A DNA stretch of 64,000 nt from an uncultured virus (IMG/VR IMGVR_UViG_3300047546_001556) (Duplodnaviria > Heunggongvirae > Uroviricota > Caudoviricetes > Autographiviridae), in the IMG/VR virus record IMGVR_UViG_3300047546_001556; one strand, written 5' to 3'. Positions 28,295-37,828 of the stretch are shown here, piece by piece. Made by a program: the position numbers and the translations under genes. Under the pieces are notes generated by a model. The model saw nothing but the letters and a program-made list of their open reading frames with translations. It did not search any database and had not been told where the DNA came from. How positions within the stretch are numbered: position 1 is the stretch's first letter; each line of letters begins with the position of its first letter.

Positions 28295-30949
28295 TTACTG
28301 TTCGCCTAATGCGTTAAGAAGTGAGTTGTATCGTTGCGTATGGACCGTCTCGCTAAACCGAAGCCAGTCCTTCATAGCGGTCCAGAGTTGATTGGTAGTC
28401 GGGTTGGGTGCAGTGATCTTTGCCCAAACACTTGGATAGCTGGTCTTGATCTCACTGATGGCAAACTCCATCTGTGTCAGTGGATCATTAGGTGGCATCC
28501 CACGTTGCTTAGCGAATGCAAAGAGTGCCTGACGACGGCTATTGCGATGTCCAAAGAGGCCAAAGCCTGTTGGATTACCCTGAGCATCACTGTCGTGTAG
28601 GGCGTTTGGATTACCGCCAGACTCATCCTTAATAACGGTTGCAAACCAAGTAGCACCACGCTGGGAAAGACCAGATGACAAGGCAAAAGACCGTGCATAG
28701 TCGGGCTTGACCTGCTGACCGTTACTGGTTCCTCTTTGATAAGCAGGGGTATTACGTGGCTCCTTAGGAGGTTCCAGGCGACCAGGCATACCGTGAAGCG
28801 CAGCCTGATTCATAATCAGGGCCTCAGGAGTCATTCCAACACGAGCTGCTACCTGCTTCACAAGGGGCAGGTGGCCATTGCCAGCTTCATAGCTAGAGGC
28901 AGCGGCTTGCACCTCGTTAGGGGTCAAGACAATGGCCTTAGTGGCGTTGACACGTCCGTAATGCCCTTGGATGAGCTTATTGCGCTCATTCTGGGTTACA
29001 AAGAAAGTAACCTGACGATTACGATAAGGAGTGACAGGTACTGGGGCCGCAGTTGAGGTTGGTGTTGGCTTAGCCCGCAAACCAAGCTCAGGGAAGTTAC
29101 CATTGCCATCAGCAGCAATAGGCTTCTTAACCAGGTCCTGGTTATTCTGCTGAAGCCAGTTGCGGAAACCATCAACAGAAGCTCCAGGACGCTGAAAATA
29201 GACCTTGGCACGCCTTTCCAGTTCAGCTTGACGCGCCTTGACAATGGCGTTGATCTGCTGATCAGCAGTAGGATTGATCTTCCGCAGGGCAGAGGAGTTC
29301 TTGTCTATAGTTCCAAGAACAAGAGATTTAGCCTCATCTAGCGCCTGTTGGGCGTCAGGAGACATCGCCTTCTCAAAAGCCTTAATGGCTTTATCGGCCT
29401 TCTGGAGGACACTGTTAGGAAGAGTTGGATTATCAGCCTTAAACCTGGCAATAGCAGCAGGTAGCTGAGCAGGAGGAGTCAGCTCAATAATGTCATCGAG
29501 AGCTGTAGTGGCTGAGGCGGCATCAGCGACAGTGGTCTTACCAATTTTCTCAAGTAGTGGGCCGGCTAGCTCGATTGGGAGAGTACGGGCTAAGTCGGAG
29601 AACTCCTTACGAAGTGCTGGAACATCTGCAGGACTGGCTTCACTAAGACGAGCCAGGAAGGATCCCTCAATCCTGGATGCATACTCCTTGTTAGCTTTGT
29701 CAGCATTACGAGCAGCGGTCTCCTGCCACTGTTGCTGGAATTGAGAGTAGTCCCCAACCTTGTATGCCATCCGAGGATCAAGCATCAGGTTGTCGAGAGG
29801 TGCCCGATTTCCTGTCAGATTTGCCTGTGCGGCATATCCCTTAAATAGTTTGTCAAGACCCTCTACGCCTGAGGCATTAACAACCTGGGAGATGACCTTA
29901 GAACCCTCCGTGGGATTCTGACCAACAGAATCGAATGCAAGCTGTCCCTGTCCAAGGGCCACAGCCTCTTGGGCTTCTTTGACGAAGGCTCTGTTTTCAG
30001 AGTTAAACGCCTTTGTGAGCTGTGCCTGTGTACGAATGAGAGTGTCTCCCATGTACTTGGCAACAACTGCGGGAGCAATGCCGGTAAGCCCTTTCTCGAT
30101 GAAGAACTTACGGGCTGCGGTATTTAGGACAACACCAAGCGCAACGTCTGCATTAGGGTCTCCTTTAACGAGCATCCCGCTGTCCTGGGCTTGCTCAACA
30201 ACCTTCGTCAGATACGCTGGTAATTCACCCTGAGCCTTTAGGACCTGACCTTCAGAACGACCATAGAGGTAGAAGGGGTTATCAGACCTGATCCTGGTGG
30301 CATCCACTGGGCGACCATTCTGATCAAGCTGGTTCGCAACAATTGCACTCTCGCCTTGCCGAGCTAGTCGCTGGTACTGGGATACATCAACCTTGGATAG
30401 ATCCTCAATAGTAGTAGAACCAAAGCCAAGCAACTCATCCATCAGGCCTTGAGCTTGGACCTCTTGGTTACGCTTATTGATGCCCTCAGCCTGCTGCTTC
30501 CAAAGTGTCGTTGAGAATTGAGCGATATTGGCACCAAGCTGGGTTAAGGCGTTGGTATCCTGTGACTGGAGACGGATATTGAACTCATCCCGCATCGTCT
30601 GGTGTGTAAGACGAATGCGCTCTATCTCAGACTGCCAGTTGTCACGCAGCTGCATGTTGCGGAGACGCTGCTCCCCAAGCATCTGGGTGGAACGAAGAAC
30701 AGCTTCGTTTTTTGCAGAAGACTGGGCAGCTACTAGGCGTTGATTATCGAGAGCTACTGCATCAAGACGCTCGTTGTTACGTAGCGCCATCTGATTGGTT
30801 TGGTTAACTCCCTCCTGTGCTCTCACAAGCTGGCGTTGCTGGAATTCAGCATTGGCATCCAGGGCAGGTTGGCCGCTGGGAGCTGCAATGTACCCCTGAC
30901 GTTCAGCCCGCTGGCCCTGGTATTCGACTGTTCTAAATTGTTGGGCCAT
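28295..30949 (-). CDS. Internal virion protein (T7 gp15 position) with C-terminal phage tail lysozyme-like domain
   Basis: Syntenic; 'IKDESGGNP...GFGLFG...TQMEFAISEI'. Confidence 0.8.
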   Translation of the reverse strand: MAQQFRTVEYQGQRAERQGYIAAPSGQPALDANAEFQQRQLVRAQEGVNQTNQMALRNNERLDAVALDNQRLVAAQSSAKNEAVLRSTQMLGEQRLRNMQLRDNWQSEIERIRLTHQTMRDEFNIRLQSQDTNALTQLGANIAQFSTTLWKQQAEGINKRNQEVQAQGLMDELLGFGSTTIEDLSKVDVSQYQRLARQGESAIVANQLDQNGRPVDATRIRSDNPFYLYGRSEGQVLKAQGELPAYLTKVVEQAQDSGMLVKGDPNADVALGVVLNTAARKFFIEKGLTGIAPAVVAKYMGDTLIRTQAQLTKAFNSENRAFVKEAQEAVALGQGQLAFDSVGQNPTEGSKVISQVVNASGVEGLDKLFKGYAAQANLTGNRAPLDNLMLDPRMAYKVGDYSQFQQQWQETAARNADKANKEYASRIEGSFLARLSEASPADVPALRKEFSDLARTLPIELAGPLLEKIGKTTVADAASATTALDDIIELTPPAQLPAAIARFKADNPTLPNSVLQKADKAIKAFEKAMSPDAQQALDEAKSLVLGTIDKNSSALRKINPTADQQINAIVKARQAELERRAKVYFQRPGASVDGFRNWLQQNNQDLVKKPIAADGNGNFPELGLRAKPTPTSTAAPVPVTPYRNRQVTFFVTQNERNKLIQGHYGRVNATKAIVLTPNEVQAAASSYEAGNGHLPLVKQVAARVGMTPEALIMNQAALHGMPGRLEPPKEPRNTPAYQRGTSNGQQVKPDYARSFALSSGLSQRGATWFATVIKDESGGNPNALHDSDAQGNPTGFGLFGHRNSRRQALFAFAKQRGMPPNDPLTQMEFAISEIKTSYPSVWAKITAPNPTTNQLWTAMKDWLRFSETVHTQRYNSLLNALGEQ

Positions 30950-30954
30950 AGGGA

Positions 30955-31956
30955 CTATCCTTTAGGAGGTGGGGATACTCCAGGCTTACTGATCATTGAA
31001 TGAGCAGACAAGCCAGAAGAAACGCCACCAATAATTGAACTACCAATTCCAGCAACCAACCCAATACCACTAGGTCCAGGCGTCTTAACAGGAGCCGGGG
31101 CAAACGGTGTCTTACCCATAGGAGCAAGTTTCGTTTGCATCGGAGCAAAGATGGGAGCCTCTGGCATTGAGGCATAGACTGGTGCTGGAGCTGAGGGTAT
31201 ATCGATTGGCTTGACTGGCTCAGGCATGATCCTGGAAACAGCTTCCCAGTCAGACTGAACCTTCTTCATAAAGGCGTTGGTCGTTTCTGAGTAGAAGTCG
31301 TCCAACTTATTCTGGAAGTTAGTTCCAACCATACTCAGGTCTCTGCCATAAGCAGCATCGACACTTTGGGCTGCAAGTCCAATAGAGCCACCAGATTTGC
31401 CAGATGCAAGAACAGAGCCAGTAGCTTGAAGGTTAGAGACCATAAGACGCTCTCCTTCATAAGCAGCAACTGCCTGAGCATCTCGAAGTCTGCGCTGAGC
31501 ATCCTCAAGTTCAACACCAAGACCACGCTGGTTCATCGCCTGCTGAATATCAGCAACCTGCTTGGAAAGGTTAGAGCGGTTTAGCTGCTGAGTATAGTCA
31601 AGCTGCTGGTTTAGATTCTGATATTGGTTAGCAACCAAGGAGTTCTGCCACTCCTGGTGAGCTCTAAGATTACTGCGAGTAACCTGATCCATCTGGATCT
31701 GAGATTGCTGCAGAATATTCTGATTCTGGAATTCAACAGCTCTGTTATTTTGCTGGAGCTGGAAGATATTTTGACGCAGGCTGGTCTGAGCCTGGTTCTC
31801 AATGTTCCTGTTCTGGAAGACTGTCTGCTGCCAGGCGGCATTATTAGCCGCTGTAACCTGGGCCTGTTGTTGCTGGTAACCGGCAATACTGCCAACTGTA
31901 CCAACAGCAGCAGATACAACACCCAGAACTATAGGAGTTACGACGGGGTCGCACAT
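30955..31956 (-). CDS. Internal virion protein (T7 gp14-like)
   Basis: 'MCDP' start, hydrophobic Gly/Ala N-terminus, Gln-rich; syntenic. Confidence 0.8.
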   Translation of the reverse strand: MCDPVVTPIVLGVVSAAVGTVGSIAGYQQQQAQVTAANNAAWQQTVFQNRNIENQAQTSLRQNIFQLQQNNRAVEFQNQNILQQSQIQMDQVTRSNLRAHQEWQNSLVANQYQNLNQQLDYTQQLNRSNLSKQVADIQQAMNQRGLGVELEDAQRRLRDAQAVAAYEGERLMVSNLQATGSVLASGKSGGSIGLAAQSVDAAYGRDLSMVGTNFQNKLDDFYSETTNAFMKKVQSDWEAVSRIMPEPVKPIDIPSAPAPVYASMPEAPIFAPMQTKLAPMGKTPFAPAPVKTPGPSGIGLVAGIGSSIIGGVSSGLSAHSMISKPGVSPPPKG

Positions 31957-32426
31957 AGCTTTGCGAACTCTACATAGGTAAGATGTTTGGGACCTACGGG
32001 AACGTAGGAAAGCCTCTTGAATCCCAGCATGTGCAAAAGCTTTAGGTGAATGCGGTTGCGTGGGTCGGCTATGTTATGGAGCATTGAATATGGTTGAGAG
32101 TCAAGCCAATGCTTAGCTTCTCTCACCAAAGTGAATGGCATCTTGTCAACAGCCGGGGTACATAGCATCCACACACGTCCGATTCCTTGACCTTCATCAA
32201 CGACACCGGCTAGGCCAGCCACTTCGTGATCTTGGTTGAAGAACTTGATTGGGTTAGTTGACAGACCAACAGAGAGCGGAAGAGCAGCCATCGGATGATG
32301 ACCAACTCCCATGAGCTCTCTGCGATCTTCGTGCCTGAGAAGGGGTGAAAGACGAAAGGCTTCTCTGACAGTGACAGGCTCTATGTACTTAGACAGCCGA
32401 GATGCCTCGGTTGGAGAACACTCCAT
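31938..32426 (-). CDS. T7 gp13-like protein (acetyltransferase-like fold)
   Basis: 'LRHEDRRE...VWMLCT...LHNIADPRNRIHLKLLHMLGF'; follows tail tube B. Confidence 0.8.
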   Translation of the reverse strand: MECSPTEASRLSKYIEPVTVREAFRLSPLLRHEDRRELMGVGHHPMAALPLSVGLSTNPIKFFNQDHEVAGLAGVVDEGQGIGRVWMLCTPAVDKMPFTLVREAKHWLDSQPYSMLHNIADPRNRIHLKLLHMLGFKRLSYVPVGPKHLTYVEFAKLCATPS

Positions 32427-34803
32427 ACCAAGTGGCGGCTACAAGAGAAAGTGGGAAAGGAGTATCACTAAACAAGCTCACACTCGCATCTGTACCCTTG
32501 CCGTAGACGGGGACAGAGTTGTCAACGATGGCCGGGAGTGGGGCCGTATTGGCAAGGTACTGGTTGGCTATACGTTGAGGATATACGTAAGTCTTAGGCG
32601 TCCGGCCTAACAACTTAACTTCGGCGTTGTAAGGACCGGAGTCGTTAGATTGGATAACAAGGCGATGTACTCTGGGGATGTTGATCACATCCGATTGAGC
32701 ACGACCGTCACTAAAAGACTGCTTACGGTAAAATACAGGAAGGTCAAGACGATACTCGTACGGGTATCCAATAACGACCTGTAGCGCTGTGGTGCGGTTG
32801 CCAGGAATCTCAACGTAGTACGAACCATCATTCAGGATAGTTAGATCGGTATAGACGGTGCCTTTCTGTGTCGATGAGTCATCAACTACGACAACAGGCT
32901 TCTGGCCACCGATATAAGAACCAGGCTTGAGATAAACCTTAGTCTTGTCAGTACCAGACACATAGGACATGGTTGGGGCCTTTACGAATAGGTCAAGCCT
33001 GTATTCGTAAGAGATGCCACTCTGATTGATGGCAGTACCTTCTACGTCATTTAGCAGGGAGACAGTGCTAAGGCTGATACCGTCAGACTGCTGAGTGACA
33101 AGGTAAAGAACGTCTGAGTCAATGGATTGGTGAAGGCAGTTAGTGGGCAGCTCCCATTGCATCCAGGATGCGAGTACCCGTTCACCAGAGTTATTGAAGA
33201 ACTTAAAGATCTTTAGCTTGTTGAGATCAGCTGTGCCTTGGAAGGAAATGAAACTAGCACTCTGGCTGGCCACCATTGATGAGAGGCTAGCGGGTACGTA
33301 GTTGGGTGCAGTCCTGGAAAGGTCGGCAATGGAAGGCCGGTTATCAGCTGATGTGGCCACCATCTCAGTGATTTGAGAGTAGCCCTGGTTGTCATCAACA
33401 AAGACAAAGGAAATCCCTGTCTCAACAGGCCGAACCTTAGTGTTGATATTGAAGGAACTAAACTGTTTAACCTGTGCAGATACAGGACCAAACTGGTCAG
33501 TATCAGAGGTCAACATAAACTGTGTGGTAGCTGAGAAGACTACCAGACCCATCTGATCGCCTAAAGCGTGACGCAGGTCAACAGGCTTAAGAGATCCCGT
33601 TGAAAGATCAACGGCATCAGCATCGGTCTGAGCAAGAGCAGAGAGCCTGAAGAGATTGAAGTAACTACCAGGCTGGGAGCAGATAACATTACTGCCAGAC
33701 AGCAATACTAAGCGGTTGCGGAAGAAGCTGATGCCAGTAATCTTCTTACCAACAAAGGATGGAAAGGGGTTGGTTTCGTCATCACCTACACGACGCTCAA
33801 CCCAGTAGAGGTCATCACCTGCCTTTTGTGCTTCGTTAAGGGAACGGAAGGTAAACGTACCATTGCTCTCACGAATAATGACGTGAGGCATCGTGTCAGG
33901 ATCGATGTATGGCTTAATCCCAGGAGCTAAGCACTCTTCCCATACGCCAGCACCAACGTTGCTACCACCCTGGGTGACGGCAAACTTCACGTAGTAATCA
34001 TCACCATTGTCATCCTCCAGATTGGAGACCTTAAGAATTAGGCCGTTCTGGCAGGTGCTGGGAAGGCGGCTGACATTAGGGACGGCATCCTTATAGACCA
34101 ACAGAGCTTGGGAGTTCGTACCGCCCTCTCCGTTGATTCTAAAGTCAGCATTGTTGGCGCGACGAACGATAATTGTGTTGCCGGCGATGATTGTGGTATA
34201 GACACCGCCACCAGAAAGGGCCGCGATATTGGTAGCGAGACTGCTGACAACAGTTGCTACATCAAGAGTGCCAGTGGTCGGTGTGGTATAGGTTGCAGTA
34301 TTACCATCGACAGAAACCTTGTAGGTTGAGTCGTAACCAATTAGGTTAACAGTGACAATACCGACAGGAGCCTGAGCAGTACTAAGAGTAGCCAGTGTCC
34401 CGACAGTCTTTGATCGATTAAGAACAAAGTTGTAGTCATTGATCTGTAGCATCTCAAAGTCAGAGGTGCTGCAGTTGGCAATGTAGTTTTTAGCGGATGT
34501 AGCAATACTATTAACCGTCTTTGATGCTCCAGTAATGGCGTCCCATATCAGCAGAGTCCCGTCTGCTTTGAACTGACCGACATAACGCTCGGTCTCGTCA
34601 CGAAAGATGCTGAACCAACGACCTTCGTTCAGAGCGCCGGAGAGGTTGGATACATACTTAAGACCAGGACGCTTAAGCATCCCATAGGTTGGATCGGGGA
34701 CGCAGTTCTTAGCAGCCTTGACCTGGCCAGGAAGTTTTAGCGAATCAGGCTGCTGGGAGACACCACCAAGTAGGTTGGGGATCCTTTGAGAAATAGCAGT
34801 CAT
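32389..34803 (-). CDS. Tail tubular protein B (T7 gp12-like)
   Basis: 'MTAISQRIPNLLGGVSQQPD...KRPG...GDDETNPFPSFVG...FFRNRL'; ATG at 34803. Confidence 0.95.
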   Translation of the reverse strand: MTAISQRIPNLLGGVSQQPDSLKLPGQVKAAKNCVPDPTYGMLKRPGLKYVSNLSGALNEGRWFSIFRDETERYVGQFKADGTLLIWDAITGASKTVNSIATSAKNYIANCSTSDFEMLQINDYNFVLNRSKTVGTLATLSTAQAPVGIVTVNLIGYDSTYKVSVDGNTATYTTPTTGTLDVATVVSSLATNIAALSGGGVYTTIIAGNTIIVRRANNADFRINGEGGTNSQALLVYKDAVPNVSRLPSTCQNGLILKVSNLEDDNGDDYYVKFAVTQGGSNVGAGVWEECLAPGIKPYIDPDTMPHVIIRESNGTFTFRSLNEAQKAGDDLYWVERRVGDDETNPFPSFVGKKITGISFFRNRLVLLSGSNVICSQPGSYFNLFRLSALAQTDADAVDLSTGSLKPVDLRHALGDQMGLVVFSATTQFMLTSDTDQFGPVSAQVKQFSSFNINTKVRPVETGISFVFVDDNQGYSQITEMVATSADNRPSIADLSRTAPNYVPASLSSMVASQSASFISFQGTADLNKLKIFKFFNNSGERVLASWMQWELPTNCLHQSIDSDVLYLVTQQSDGISLSTVSLLNDVEGTAINQSGISYEYRLDLFVKAPTMSYVSGTDKTKVYLKPGSYIGGQKPVVVVDDSSTQKGTVYTDLTILNDGSYYVEIPGNRTTALQVVIGYPYEYRLDLPVFYRKQSFSDGRAQSDVINIPRVHRLVIQSNDSGPYNAEVKLLGRTPKTYVYPQRIANQYLANTAPLPAIVDNSVPVYGKGTDASVSLFSDTPFPLSLVAATWYGVFSNRGISAV

Positions 34804-34805
34804 AA

Positions 34806-35408
34806 CTATCGAACCAACGTCCTGAATGGCATGTACGAGATGTACTCGCTTTGACCGTTCTGAAGGCCAAACATCGTCGGTCGTGAGGTCTCGGTGTCGT
34901 AAGCCACGCACAAGGCCCTACAAGCAGCTTCATCCTGAGCAATTAGCTCTACCTGCTCCTTAGAAGCCACAAGGCGGCTGGCGTAGGCCCTTGAGGCTCT
35001 AGCTGTTATGTATTCCTTGAAAGGTTGGGGGCACTTGTCAAACTCAAAGCCCCAGACCACATCACAGTAGATAGTCTCTGTGAAGGTATAGGAGTGCTTA
35101 ATCTTATCGTAGAGCTTACCTTCGCGCTCAACGATGTCGTAGTCAGCACCGTGCTTATAGAAAGCAGGCGTGAAGGAAGTGAGATTAGAAGGCACGAGGA
35201 TCTGTCCGTTGTTGTCAGGAACGAACGGATACTCTTGTTCAGTATTGAAGTTCCACCCTTCTGCCAGGACGGTTCTCGTAGTCTCCTTCAGGATGGCTAC
35301 AGCCGACGTGACCTCGGGGTTATCAGTATCAAGGGAAACGACAGCCGCGCCACCAATGCAAGAAAGCATCTGGTTGACGGCATCAAGGAGAGTAGTACGA
35401 GTTGCCAT
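34806..35408 (-). CDS. Tail tubular protein A (T7 gp11-like)
   Basis: 'LDAVNQML..IG...EGWNFNTE...YITARASR'. Confidence 0.95.
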   Translation of the reverse strand: MATRTTLLDAVNQMLSCIGGAAVVSLDTDNPEVTSAVAILKETTRTVLAEGWNFNTEQEYPFVPDNNGQILVPSNLTSFTPAFYKHGADYDIVEREGKLYDKIKHSYTFTETIYCDVVWGFEFDKCPQPFKEYITARASRAYASRLVASKEQVELIAQDEAACRALCVAYDTETSRPTMFGLQNGQSEYISYMPFRTLVR

Positions 35409-35444
35409 AGGTCATAGGGTGAGATCCAGTCTTGGATCTAGATA

Positions 35445-35472
35445 AAAAAAAGGGGCCCCATAAGGGACCCCC
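35445..35472 (-). terminator. T-phi-like terminator after the capsid gene
   Basis: Minus strand GGGGGTCCC-TTAT-GGGGCCCC followed by T8. Confidence 0.85.
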
Positions 35473-35479
35473 AAAGGAA

Positions 35480-36499
35480 TCAGGCAATGTTGCGGAAAGC
35501 ACCAGCCACAGACACGCGCACAGCGCCAGCGCCCATAGCGAGCTTACCGACAACCAGATCGCCCTGGTACATGATGGACACGTCGCCAGAGGTGGTCTCG
35601 ACGCTGGGGCCGAGGGTTTCGACCACAGCAGCAGCATCGCGGTGGAAGATAAGGCCGCAGCTGTTAGTGAAGTCGGTGGTGTTGCCGTAGCTGTTCTTCT
35701 CGTTGGTAGCGTCGGTGTTCTCGATGGCGGGGCCAGTCGAGGTGCCGTACTTACCGAGGAAAGGAACGTTGTTGGACTTGTAGATCTTGATACCGGCGAT
35801 CTCGTAGAGACCAGCACCGCTATTCAGATTACCTTGAGTATTTCCAATCTCGCGATTGAGAATATTCGTGTCCACAGAGGAAATAAGACTGTAATACTGC
35901 CGAGGAGACAGTACAGCCACACGACCATCACGAGGTGCAGAGCGCTCATCAAGAACAGCAGCGGCCTCGAAGAAGCCGTCAACAAGTGCTTGAGCGTTGT
36001 ACTCGTTGTTGGCACCCAGCTTCACAGTGAAACCACCAGGCTCACCAGTCACAGGGCTAGCAGCAGCAGCTGCACGATCCAGCACACGGAATACGCGGCG
36101 ATCATAGTGCTCACTGAGAGCCTGGCCGATTTGACGGGCAATGGGGCCGCGCAGATCGTAGTGGGCCAGCACCTCATCAAGCTCGTACAGGAATGCAGAG
36201 CTGATCAGCAGCTGGTCAACAGTGATTGTGGTTTCTGCTTGTGCAGGAGCACCATTAGTGCCACCACCATTACCCAGAATAGGGGTGCCAGGAGTATGGA
36301 AACCGGCCGTCATCTTGCCGGTGTGAATGAACTGTGCCTCTTTGCCGTTGCGAAGAGTACGGTTCTGAACCAGATCCTTTGCGATCAGGTTATTACGGAA
36401 CGATTCATACACTTCTCCAGTAAAGAGTTTAAGGAGAAGAGCACGAGAGTCACCAGCCTGGTTAATTTGACCAGGACGGGTAAGAAGGGTGTTAGCCAT
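35480..36499 (-). CDS. Major capsid protein (T7 gp10-like)
   Basis: 'ALLLKLFTGEV...RTLRNGKEAQF...HTPG...YQGDLVVGKLAMG'. Confidence 0.97.
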   Translation of the reverse strand: MANTLLTRPGQINQAGDSRALLLKLFTGEVYESFRNNLIAKDLVQNRTLRNGKEAQFIHTGKMTAGFHTPGTPILGNGGGTNGAPAQAETTITVDQLLISSAFLYELDEVLAHYDLRGPIARQIGQALSEHYDRRVFRVLDRAAAAASPVTGEPGGFTVKLGANNEYNAQALVDGFFEAAAVLDERSAPRDGRVAVLSPRQYYSLISSVDTNILNREIGNTQGNLNSGAGLYEIAGIKIYKSNNVPFLGKYGTSTGPAIENTDATNEKNSYGNTTDFTNSCGLIFHRDAAAVVETLGPSVETTSGDVSIMYQGDLVVGKLAMGAGAVRVSVAGAFRNIA

Positions 36500-36746
36500 T
36501 GTTATTTAAGGAAGTTGGTGTTTGCTTTAATTGCGCCAGTTCCTATTTAAGATCGATCTATTGTCTAAATGTTATTCAATTGGTAATTACCGTCGTGGGG
36601 TATCCATTGCGGGCCCACTGCAGCGGGCTGGGTTTTAACGTGGTCCAAAGCTTCCACAAGAAGAGCAGGGTCCGACTCTGAGGTGCCCTGCTCCAACCAC
36701 ACGTCTGTGGATTTCAGCCCGATGCCGAAGCAGAGCGGGAACTAGA

Positions 36747-37613
36747 TCAAAGTAGGTTTCCGCTACGAGCGAGCTTCTCCTGCACATCAATTCGATACGC
36801 AGGGTCGTCCTTGTAACGAGGATCAGCAATGGCTCGGGCCAGCTCAGCTTGGCTGCGGAAGCCAGGCTCAGCCTTGGGAGCACGAGCCCCGGTGTACCGA
36901 GCGCCTTCGTAGCCAGCCTCTGAGGCAAAGCGGGCCTTGAGACCCTGGGCTGCCCAGTACATGGCTCCGTAGTCACCACCGTTCATCACGCCGTCATAGG
37001 CGGCGATTTCGTCTGGGCTTAGGTTCTCAGCTGCCCAGCCCAACATCTCCTGGTAATTCTCTGCACCACCGACAGCATCACGAATGGAGGCTGCCTGCTC
37101 CTCAGTCAGCTGGGCCTGCTGGGCCTGCTCACGTTGAGACTTGATGTAGTCAGCCCAGGTCTCAACAAGAGTGCGGCTATCTAGCTGAGCAAGCTTCTCA
37201 ATGGTGTCGTCGCTAAGACCACCCTCGTCAAACTCAGTACTGGCTGCCACAAGGGCCTGTAGAGCCTCTGAGATCTCCTCATCGGACTCTTCTGCCTCTG
37301 CACTTTCAGAAGCCTCTTCGTCAGCCTCCTGCGACTCTTCAGAGGCTTCCTCTTGCTCGTCAGTGGCTCCCTTCTCGCCTAGCTTGCGCTGTAGCTCCAG
37401 GTAGGCCTTCTCAAGTTCCTCAGCAGACTTGTACTTACCAGCAAACCTGGCTTCGTTCTCATCAAGCTGAGATGCCTTTGCAAAGCGCTCTTGAGCAGCA
37501 TCCTCCTGGGCATCAACAAGGCGAGCTCCAACCTCCAGGGCGCGTGCCTCAGCGGCTTCTCGCTCGCTTGTGTCGGCCCCGTCCTGAGGGTCAAATGTAT
37601 TGGTAATTGCCAT
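36747..37613 (-). CDS. Capsid assembly scaffold protein (T7 gp9-like)
   Basis: 'AGKYKSAEELEKAYLELQRKLG', 'VGGAENY..M..WA', 'DPRYKDDPAYR'. Confidence 0.95.
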   Translation of the reverse strand: MAITNTFDPQDGADTSEREAAEARALEVGARLVDAQEDAAQERFAKASQLDENEARFAGKYKSAEELEKAYLELQRKLGEKGATDEQEEASEESQEADEEASESAEAEESDEEISEALQALVAASTEFDEGGLSDDTIEKLAQLDSRTLVETWADYIKSQREQAQQAQLTEEQAASIRDAVGGAENYQEMLGWAAENLSPDEIAAYDGVMNGGDYGAMYWAAQGLKARFASEAGYEGARYTGARAPKAEPGFRSQAELARAIADPRYKDDPAYRIDVQEKLARSGNLL

Positions 37614-37828
37614 TAGTTAAGAACTGTAGATACAGAATTAAAACGTGGAGTCACTCGTTGCTTAGGGCCACCGATTTGGTCCTTCCCAATCATTGGACGT
37701 ACACGCGGCTGTGGAGCGTATTTGTTAGAGCTGGGTTCCGGCGTCGGGGAGTTGGGCTCCTGGAGGGCTTTGTCCTTGACTGAATCCAAGGCCTCCGGGG
37801 ACTTCTCCTTCTTGTTGTTGCTGGGCAT
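37613..37828 (-). CDS. Small hypothetical protein between portal and scaffold
   Basis: MPSNNKKEK...NKYAPQPRV; stop overlaps scaffold start. Confidence 0.5.
   Translation of the reverse strand: MPSNNKKEKSPEALDSVKDKALQEPNSPTPEPSSNKYAPQPRVRPMIGKDQIGGPKQRVTPRFNSVSTVLN

Noticed and set aside
35383..35500. T7 10B-style frameshift extension of the capsid protein
   Set aside because: No clear slippery heptamer before the stop, and the alternative frame runs through the terminator.
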